Notes under the pieces: generated by a model
What the model saw: only the letters and a program-made list of their open reading frames with translations
Told to the model about the DNA's origin: nothing
Databases searched by the model: none
Assembly: GCA_966685145.1 (NCBI GenBank)
Contig: CBKXXB010000001.1
Coordinates: forward strand, 633 to 64,632
Source of the DNA: an uncultured bacterium
GTDB taxonomy: Bacteria; Patescibacteriota; Saccharimonadia; Saccharimonadales; OFTM59
DNA: 64,000 bases
Reading direction: 5' to 3'
Part shown: in pieces, positions 56,797 through 64,000 of the stretch
How the letters are laid out: each line of letters starts with the position of its first letter
Position numbering within the stretch: the first letter of the stretch is position 1
Made by a program: the position numbers and the translations under genes

Positions 56797-57354
56797 CTAA
56801 AGAAGCGGAACGAAAATGAAGCCCGAATGGGTTTGCGTATCGTACTGATCCTCGTATGACTTGGTAACCTCAAGAATGTCGTAACCGACCGGAACAACAA
56901 TTTTGCCACCTTCTTTCAGCTGATCTAGCAGCTCTGCAGGAAATCGCACTGCACTGGCGCTGACTAAGATCCGGTCGTATGGTGCGTGCTCAGGCAAGCC
57001 CAGTTCATCCTTTGCCTGATAAAACTCTGCATTCTTTACTCCGGCACGTTTGGCGTTTTCCCTGCCAAACTTAACGAGCTCGGGCACTTTTTCAACTGCA
57101 TAAACGCGACCTTTAGGCCCTACAATGTGCGAAAGCAGCGCCGTCGTCCAACCGGAACCGGAACCAACATCAAGCACATGGTCGCCTTCCTTCATGTCAA
57201 GCCACTCGAGCATCATACGTACCGTCGTAGGCTGTGAAATTGTTTGCCCGTGTCCAATTGGCAGAGCCATATCCGCGTCCGCCAAACCTACTGTTTCGGG
57301 CGGCAAAAAATATGCTCGATTTACCGCTTTAAATGCCTCGCTCACTCTATCCAT
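56797..57354 (-). CDS. pcm: Protein-L-isoaspartate O-methyltransferase
   Basis: LPIGHGQTISQP, VLDVGSGSGW, APYDRILVSA and FIFVPL motifs; start at MDRV. Confidence 0.93.
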   Translation of the reverse strand: MDRVSEAFKAVNRAYFLPPETVGLADADMALPIGHGQTISQPTTVRMMLEWLDMKEGDHVLDVGSGSGWTTALLSHIVGPKGRVYAVEKVPELVKFGRENAKRAGVKNAEFYQAKDELGLPEHAPYDRILVSASAVRFPAELLDQLKEGGKIVVPVGYDILEVTKSYEDQYDTQTHSGFIFVPLL

Positions 57355-57541
57355 ACTACTTATTTTAAACCTCTTCTCTAGTGGGGCATTGCTTAACATT
57401 TCAAAACTTACAAAACCGCCAACCGGCCCACACCTGATATGACATAATGTTAAGCTTAATAATGTGTCAGTAAGAAAACTAACACCGCGCAGGTGCGCTT
57501 ACCTATAAAATATGAAGTTTGTAATTCAGGAGTAGACAGAC

Positions 57542-59383
57542 ATGAAGCAGCTTGCCTTTTATACATCCAGAAACCGAGCCAGTCGGCTTCTGAACATAGG
57601 AATCGCAATATTAATGTTAATGATAGTGGCCTTAACAAGTCTGTGGTCTCCAAACCAAGCCGAAGCGGTCACTATTGTCCCGGGCGATACGGGCATAGCG
57701 CAGGGTGCATTAGTCGATAGATCTCCTGACTATCAGAATAAAGTTCTTGATGCCACAGTTGCCAGCGGCGCCAAATGGATCAGATTAGATCTATGGTGGT
57801 TCCGTGTCGAAGAAACTAAGGGGACCTACAACTGGTCTCAGTTTGATGACTTGTACGGCGCCGCCAAAGCCAAGGGTTTAAACGTTCTCCCGGTAGTCCA
57901 TACAGCGCCTGCCTGGGCCAGCGGCTGTGCCAGCGTGCATTGCCCGCCTACCGAAGCTAACGTCCAGTACTGGAAGAATTTTTTAACTGCTGCCGCTACC
58001 CGCTACAGTGCTAGTACCTACGGCATCAGTACTTATGAAATATGGAATGAACCGAACATAAGCCGGTTTTACGAGGTACCTAACGCCACTACATACGTCA
58101 ACCAGGTGCTGAAGCCGTCTTACGAAGCTATCACCGCCGCTCTGCCAGGCGCCACAGTCTTAACAGGCGGTACCGCGCCAGCCGAGTCTGATCATACCGT
58201 CAATATTTCCCCATGGGAATTTGTGCGCGACATTTACCGCGCAGGCGGACAAAACTATTTTCATCATATCGCCCATCATCCCTATACCTGGCCGTACGAT
58301 CCTACTGAGGGTCATGTGGGATGGAACTCGTTCAAGCAAATGTATGAAAATCCGCCGGCAACTGCAGATGATCCCAGCCCCAAGAGTATCCGTGGATACA
58401 TGCTGCAATATGGTGACAGCGGCAAAAAAATCTGGGCCACGGAAGTTGGTTATCCGACTAATCCGGCTAAGGGCAAGTGCGCGGGCTGTGTAACGGAAGC
58501 CGAGCAGAAAACCAAGCTAACCAAGGTTTACAACGAATGGTCTAAAAAGGACTGGTCAGGAAAAATTTTCTGGTATGCGATGATTAACGAAGATCCAAGC
58601 ATTGTTGCAAAGAGTGATCCGGAGGCAAACTTCGGACTAAAAAGAGCTGATAATACAGCCAAGCCTGCATACGACCCATTCGCTAAAATAGTATCCGACA
58701 GATACGCTTCTATTGTAAAAGCCGACGGACCAAGGCATTACTGGAAAATGGGCGAACTATCACATACTCAACCTATGAAAAATGAGATGTGGTCGGGCGC
58801 AGACGGGTATTATATATCCAGCAGCACACAGATGGGTACAGATGGCACGGTCGTTGGTACACCGGCTCCTACGTTCCTTGAAACAGCCAACAATCGAGCC
58901 GAGGTTACTTACAACTCTGAATCGATTAGATTGGGCGGTTCAGCTTGGACGGTAGAATTCAGCGCCCGCCGCGTTGGCGGCACGGCTCGCTGGCCAGGGC
59001 TGATGGGGCGCGGTGACTCGAAAACTGCCAACGGCTGGGAAATAATGATCAACCACGATCAGGGTGACTTCATATCCTTCAAGCGAAACAACCTGGAGTG
59101 TGCAACTGCCGTTACATATTTTGCAGATGGCAAATCACACCACGTTGCCTTGACTCACAATAACGGCACGACCCTGTGGTATATCGACGGTGTACGAGCG
59201 AACAGACAGGGCTACTGTAACGTAACTTACCCCACACCCTCTACCGACAGCTTATACCTTTGGGTTGGAGCCAGCCCGAGTTCGCCAGGTAACAACGCTA
59301 TAGGCCATTTAGCCATTTACAACAAAGCCCTGACTGCAGAGCAGGTAGCGGCACATGCTGCTGCTGCCGTCCGCTTGCCTTAA
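57542..59383 (+). CDS. Secreted clan GH-A glycoside hydrolase (GH5/GH39-like) with C-terminal LamG/concanavalin domain
   Basis: Signal peptide; WNEPN acid/base, HHPY and WATEVG nucleophile; C-terminal HHVALT..YIDG..IYNKALT LamG pattern. Confidence 0.85.
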   Translation: MKQLAFYTSRNRASRLLNIGIAILMLMIVALTSLWSPNQAEAVTIVPGDTGIAQGALVDRSPDYQNKVLDATVASGAKWIRLDLWWFRVEETKGTYNWSQFDDLYGAAKAKGLNVLPVVHTAPAWASGCASVHCPPTEANVQYWKNFLTAAATRYSASTYGISTYEIWNEPNISRFYEVPNATTYVNQVLKPSYEAITAALPGATVLTGGTAPAESDHTVNISPWEFVRDIYRAGGQNYFHHIAHHPYTWPYDPTEGHVGWNSFKQMYENPPATADDPSPKSIRGYMLQYGDSGKKIWATEVGYPTNPAKGKCAGCVTEAEQKTKLTKVYNEWSKKDWSGKIFWYAMINEDPSIVAKSDPEANFGLKRADNTAKPAYDPFAKIVSDRYASIVKADGPRHYWKMGELSHTQPMKNEMWSGADGYYISSSTQMGTDGTVVGTPAPTFLETANNRAEVTYNSESIRLGGSAWTVEFSARRVGGTARWPGLMGRGDSKTANGWEIMINHDQGDFISFKRNNLECATAVTYFADGKSHHVALTHNNGTTLWYIDGVRANRQGYCNVTYPTPSTDSLYLWVGASPSSPGNNAIGHLAIYNKALTAEQVAAHAAAAVRLP

Positions 59384-59453
59384 CTGTGTCTCGCGCTAGT
59401 TAAGTAGTAAGCTCATACCGTAGTTTTGTGCGCGTACGCTATATACTAATGAT

Positions 59454-60635
59454 ATGGAGACGCGACCGCTCGCAGAGCGTATGAGGCCCAACAACCTGAC
59501 TGACGTAGTAGGCCAGAGCCATTTGTTGGATACGGGACAGATAATCAGGCGCATAGTCGAGGAGAAATTACCTACCAGCCTAATATTATGGGGACCGCCG
59601 GGCAGCGGCAAAACTACGCTTGCCAGAATCATAGCCCGTGAAACACAGTCTGAATTTGTTGAACTGAGCGCCGTTACCGCAAGCAAAGCAGATGTTAGGC
59701 GCGTCATCGAACTGGCCGAACAGAACCAAAGGCTCGGTATGCGAACTATTCTCTTTGTTGATGAGATTCATCGTTTTAATAAGGCGCAGCAGGATACTTT
59801 CCTGCCCCATGTGGAAGCAGGCACAATCATTCTGATCGGTGCTACGACCGAAAACCCAAGCTTCGAGATCATCAACCCACTGCTCAGCCGCAGCCGCGTC
59901 GTAGTGTTGGAGCCTCTAAGCAAGGCCGACGTCACTACTATATTGAAACGTGCTGCCAAAGCAGAGAGATTAACCGCAAAGCAACTTCCGGCTCAAAGTC
60001 TGGATTTGATTGCAGAATTGTCCGGTGGTGATGCCCGCGTAGCGCTCGGCAACCTTGAGCTGGCTATTCAGCTGGCCAAGAAGGATAAAATTACGCCGGA
60101 GGTCGTTGAAGCCGCAGCCCAGAAACGCGTGCCGGGTTATGACAAGGCTGGAGAAATGCATTACAACGTCATTAGCGCTTTCATAAAAAGCCTCAGAGGG
60201 TCAGATGCTAATGCTGCCTTGTACTACTTGGCCCGCATGCTGCAGGCTGGCGAAGATCCCAAGTTTATTGCCAGGCGAATGGTCATATTTGCCAGCGAGG
60301 ACGTGGGAATTGCTGCTTCGCCTGCACTGAACCTGGCTGTCGCCACATTCCAAGCAGTTGAGCGCATAGGCATGCCGGAGTGCCAATACAACCTTTTCCA
60401 CTGCGCCACAGTACTTGCGAAATGCCAGAAATCACGTACGGTAGCAAACGCTATGAACAAAGCACAACGCGCCGCATCGGATTATCCTGACCTGGCAGTG
60501 CCACTGCATCTGAGAAACGCCCCTACCCAACTTATGAAAGACCTAGGCTATCAAAAGGGAACGAAATGGGAGGCCGGGTTCAAACATCCCGAAGGTTTCC
60601 TCCCCGAAGAACTCAGCCACCTTAACTTGTTTTAG
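59454..60635 (+). CDS. rarA: Replication-associated recombination protein A
   Basis: [35 protein letters not shown] and [11 protein letters not shown] motifs. Confidence 0.96.
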   Translation: METRPLAERMRPNNLTDVVGQSHLLDTGQIIRRIVEEKLPTSLILWGPPGSGKTTLARIIARETQSEFVELSAVTASKADVRRVIELAEQNQRLGMRTILFVDEIHRFNKAQQDTFLPHVEAGTIILIGATTENPSFEIINPLLSRSRVVVLEPLSKADVTTILKRAAKAERLTAKQLPAQSLDLIAELSGGDARVALGNLELAIQLAKKDKITPEVVEAAAQKRVPGYDKAGEMHYNVISAFIKSLRGSDANAALYYLARMLQAGEDPKFIARRMVIFASEDVGIAASPALNLAVATFQAVERIGMPECQYNLFHCATVLAKCQKSRTVANAMNKAQRAASDYPDLAVPLHLRNAPTQLMKDLGYQKGTKWEAGFKHPEGFLPEELSHLNLF

Positions 60636-60719
60636 AGTAGTTACTACTCGCTGTGGATAAGCGCTTTACAATTGTCGCGCTTGGCGTGATACTCACTGTA
60701 AAGGTATTATCAAAAAGCA

Positions 60720-61493
60720 GTGAGCACAGAGAACACCCCCTCTACACCCGGCAAGCGATTCAATGTATCGCTTGATTATCGTTTCGTGATTGGACTGTTG
60801 CTAGCTGTTATCGCCGTCATGCTTATCATCTGGAAGCCATGGGCAACTGCAAAATTGGACGATAGCCGCACCATTGAGGTAACAGGCGAGGCTACACTTA
60901 AAGCAGAACCGGACGAATATATGTTCACGCCAGCGTACGAATTTAAAAACGCTGATCAGGAGGTAGCGCTGGCTGCCCTGACCAAAAAGAGTGAGGAAGT
61001 TATCGCAGGATTAAAAAATCTCGGAGTAGCAGATAATAAAATCAAGACAAACTCCACCGGCAATAACTTTTACCCCTACTACTATGACGAAGGCACCAAG
61101 ACCAATAACTATACTCTACAGATAACCGCCACCGTAGATAACCGTGAGCTGGCACAAAAAGTACAGGATTATTTGCTCACTACAACACCGACGGGTGCCG
61201 TTTCACCGCAGTTCACCTTTAGCGATGCCAAGCAAAAAGAGCTTGAGAGCAGAGCCCGTGACGAAGCGACTAAGGATGCCCGCGCCAAAGCCGAACAATC
61301 AGCCAATAACCTGGGCTTTAAGTTAGGTAAGGTCAAGGCCGTAACCGATGGTGCGGGCTTCGGACCTATACATCCGGGCTTTAGCCGCGGTGCTGAAGCA
61401 ACTACTATGATAGCCGAGGATCAAAAGCTGGCAGTACAGCCAGGTGAAAACGAACTTAGCTACTCAGTAACAGTCACTTATTATTTGCGCTAG
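60720..61493 (+). CDS. SIMPL (DUF541) domain protein
   Basis: TM helix, RTIEVTGEA...PD, DARAKAE...LG and PGE..SVTV motifs. Confidence 0.88.
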   Translation: MSTENTPSTPGKRFNVSLDYRFVIGLLLAVIAVMLIIWKPWATAKLDDSRTIEVTGEATLKAEPDEYMFTPAYEFKNADQEVALAALTKKSEEVIAGLKNLGVADNKIKTNSTGNNFYPYYYDEGTKTNNYTLQITATVDNRELAQKVQDYLLTTTPTGAVSPQFTFSDAKQKELESRARDEATKDARAKAEQSANNLGFKLGKVKAVTDGAGFGPIHPGFSRGAEATTMIAEDQKLAVQPGENELSYSVTVTYYLR

Positions 61494-62646
61494 CAGCTAA
61501 TGCGGTTTGCGGCCTGGAGCGTGCTCGTTTTAACTTGATCTCTTCCCACGGCAAACTCGGCTTGCCGAAGTGACCATAGGCTGCGGTCTGCAAATATATA
61601 GGCCGTCTGAGATTAAGCTGTTCAACTATACCTTGTACCGAAACGTCCAGCAGCGAGTCAGCAAAGCGCTGGATTCGTTCCGACGAGACTTTCTCTGTTC
61701 CGAAGGTATCTATGCCGAAATGAACCGGCCGTTTAGCGCCGATATAATAAGCAAGACTGACTTCCGCTCTTTTAGCTAGACTGTTCGCCACTATGTTCTT
61801 CGCCAAGTACCTTGCAGCATAGGCACCTGAGCGGTCGACTTTGCTTGGATCTTTTCCGCTAAACGCACCGCCGCCGACACGGGCATAGCCACCATAAGTA
61901 TCAACCACAATCTTGCGTCCGGTCAGACCGGCATCGGCCGCCGGTCCTGGATGATGCCAGACACCGGTACCGTTAACAACCAAGTCCTGCCTGGTTATGC
62001 TGAAGCCATAGTCATTCAGGACGGGCGCAACGATGCAGTTAAATATATCTTCTCTTACCCGCTCCAAACTAATCTTTTCATGGTGCGGAACCGCGAGGGT
62101 GACATGCTCGACGGCCACAGGCGCGTCGTTTTCATAGCGCACAACCACCTGGGCTTTGCCGTCCGGGCGTAAATGCGGCAACTTACCACCCTCCCGAGCC
62201 TCATCAATTGAACGGGTTAACCGATGAGCCAGGACAATCGGCAACGGCAGAAGCTCCGGTGTTTCATCGCAAGCATAACCGAACATTAGCCCCTGATCCC
62301 CGGCACCGAAGTCATCTACACCAACTGATATCTCGGGCGATTGTTCATGCACATAACACTCGATCGGCGAAGCATCACTGAAACCCCAGTCCGGCTCGAC
62401 ATAGCCAAGCCGCCTGATTTGCTTACGGGCAATGGACACGAAATCTACCTTTGCCTTGGTCTTAACTTCGCCGGCCAAAATCAGCCTGTTGTTGCAGGCC
62501 AGCGTTTCGACAGCAACTCGCCCAAGCGGATCATCCGCCAGCACCGCGTCAACTATAGCGTCACTGATAGCATCGCAAACTTTGTCCGGATGGCCGGCAC
62601 AGACGCTTTCGGAGGCGAACCTCCTTACCTTGTTTTGATGGGACAT
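61474..62646 (-). CDS. metK: S-adenosylmethionine synthetase
   Basis: SESV..GHPDK, GAGDQG, GGGAFSGKDPSKVDRS and YGHFG motifs. Confidence 0.97.
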   Translation of the reverse strand: MSHQNKVRRFASESVCAGHPDKVCDAISDAIVDAVLADDPLGRVAVETLACNNRLILAGEVKTKAKVDFVSIARKQIRRLGYVEPDWGFSDASPIECYVHEQSPEISVGVDDFGAGDQGLMFGYACDETPELLPLPIVLAHRLTRSIDEAREGGKLPHLRPDGKAQVVVRYENDAPVAVEHVTLAVPHHEKISLERVREDIFNCIVAPVLNDYGFSITRQDLVVNGTGVWHHPGPAADAGLTGRKIVVDTYGGYARVGGGAFSGKDPSKVDRSGAYAARYLAKNIVANSLAKRAEVSLAYYIGAKRPVHFGIDTFGTEKVSSERIQRFADSLLDVSVQGIVEQLNLRRPIYLQTAAYGHFGKPSLPWEEIKLKRARSRPQTALAASANNK

Positions 62647-62703
62647 AAAAATATCCTTTCTGCCATGTCAGACGAGAAAGGACTGGTTCACGAATTTCTC
62701 CGC

Positions 62704-62810
62704 AAAAACATCTTCCCCGCTACTGGCGGGCTAGATGGAGCACCTTACAGAATCTGTAGGTTGCCGGCAGGTCGTCAAGCTAGATCTCTCGCTGCGCTCT
62801 TTATACTTTT
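62704..62810 (-). promoter_or_regulatory. SAM-I-family riboswitch aptamer
   Basis: Minus strand AAGAG..GAGAGATCTAGC..GGCAACC-TACAG/CTGTA-AGGTGC..CCCGC/GCGGG-GAAGATG, upstream of metK. Confidence 0.85.
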
Positions 62811-62868
62811 ACGTTGTTAAAGTAAAGGTATTGTACCATACGGTTTATTGTGCCGTTTGTGATATATG

Positions 62869-63798
62869 TCACAGCCAGCGTTTTTTGCGGAAAACGTACA
62901 CTATAGCAAGGGACGACAACAAAACCAGCAACAGCACTATTGAAAAGGCCTGCGCATTACCAGCCAGGGGCAGATCCACATTCATTCCGTATAGGCCCGA
63001 AAAAACCGTAGGAATCATGAGAAAAATCGAGATAGACGTAAGCCGCTTGAATGTGCGGTTCAGCTCGTTCGCGGCCAATGCGTCATATGCTTCACGAATA
63101 TTGACAATGGTTTTCAGCCGTGACTTCACCAGCTCGATAAGCTCTGCGGTGCCGAGCGAGAGGTCTTCAACCAGGTCTTTGTCCTCTTCATATAGTCTAA
63201 TATATTTGCCTCCCAGTAGATTACGCAGCATTGCCGACTGCGGCTGCAAGGCACTCAGGAATTCGTTTAGGTCATCTTCAGTCTCAATGAAACCGAGCAG
63301 TGTTTCATTGGAAATATCAGTCCGATGCAGTTGTGATCTGACGCTGAATATGCGCCGAGTTACCTGGGTAACATAACCTTGATATGAGCTATTAACTGCT
63401 TCTAATATCTGCAAGAGCGTCTTGGTCTTCTGTGTCGTAACCACCGGCTCCTTGCTATGAATCAGCGGGGACAAAATCGGGCTGTCGACTCGCAGAATCG
63501 TCACGATGCAATTAGGTTTATAAATAATAAGCATCGGCTCCGTGGCATTGATAACACCATTATCAGGATGATAGTAGCGCGTATAGACATACACAGTACC
63601 GTCGTCACGTTCAACGCGCGGTGATTCATAAAGGTCAATGGCGTCTTTCAGTAGGTCAATTTCAAGACCGTGATCTTTGGCCAGCGCTTCAAGTTCTTTC
63701 TCGTCAGGTGCCACAACATGAACCCATGCGCCAGCGCGCACTGCGTCAACTTTCTCTAGGCCCGCTGAGCGGGCCGTACTGTAGTAAACAGTCGTCAT
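62869..63798 (-). CDS. corA: CorA-family Mg2+/Co2+ transporter
   Basis: YGMN signature between two C-terminal TM helices; KKRWL tail. Confidence 0.93.
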   Translation of the reverse strand: MTTVYYSTARSAGLEKVDAVRAGAWVHVVAPDEKELEALAKDHGLEIDLLKDAIDLYESPRVERDDGTVYVYTRYYHPDNGVINATEPMLIIYKPNCIVTILRVDSPILSPLIHSKEPVVTTQKTKTLLQILEAVNSSYQGYVTQVTRRIFSVRSQLHRTDISNETLLGFIETEDDLNEFLSALQPQSAMLRNLLGGKYIRLYEEDKDLVEDLSLGTAELIELVKSRLKTIVNIREAYDALAANELNRTFKRLTSISIFLMIPTVFSGLYGMNVDLPLAGNAQAFSIVLLLVLLSSLAIVYVFRKKRWL

Positions 63799-64000
63799 GC
63801 TTATATTGTACCCTTAACTGAGTTGAAATACCTACTCTGATCTGGATTAAAACACCTCTGTCTTGTATAATCCTCCCTGTTCTACTCCTCTTTGGTTTTA
63901 CTGCCCAATTTTCTAAACCAAGACTCGTCTGTTTAGAAAATTGAGAGGAGGCGGCTTAATCAGTTTATGAGAGTTGGTAGGAAATTTATTTTGCTACCGA

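Noticed and set aside
63799-64000. M-box (ykoK) Mg2+ riboswitch upstream of corA
   Set aside because: corA has a -10 box 6 nt before its ATG (leaderless), no M-box consensus is visible, and the structure seen fits the opposite strand.
1-64000. CRISPR array, rRNA, transposase, integrase or prophage genes; alternative genetic code
   Set aside because: No regularly spaced repeats or recognisable motifs were found by eye, and TGA terminates conserved genes at their expected ends.

Overview
This 64-kb window is gene-dense bacterial chromosome using the standard code (TGA = stop). Gene content and style suggest Patescibacteria/CPR, probably Saccharibacteria (inference): split transketolase, compact operons, CPR-type hypothetical families, and many -10 boxes right before start codons. 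Positions 1-44.4 kb and 56.8-64 kb are mostly housekeeping: dnaE, galU, gatCAB, uvrB, a pentose-phosphate/glycolysis cluster, ppa, trxB, pheST, yajQ, pyrD, ndh, rmuC, ZIP/Zur, mpg, ccdA, pcm, rarA, metK with a SAM-I-type riboswitch, and corA. Positions 44.4-56.8 kb form an accessory region of ORFans around an atypical tRNA. Its highlight is a complete ubiquitin-like conjugation operon (Ubl-E2-JAB-E1, 51063-53016). The E2 has no cysteine and the E1 has only zinc-binding cysteines. The operon has a promoter with a palindromic operator and is followed by an unannotated 44-aa Lys-rich ORF and a candidate PD-(D/E)xK nuclease. Other oddities are an apparently catalytically dead OMP-decarboxylase homologue beside pyrD, a 55-aa zinc-finger ORF between pheS and pheT, and a tRNA whose anticodon loop cannot fold as the canonical 7 nt. 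All family calls come from motif recognition by eye; no database searches were run.
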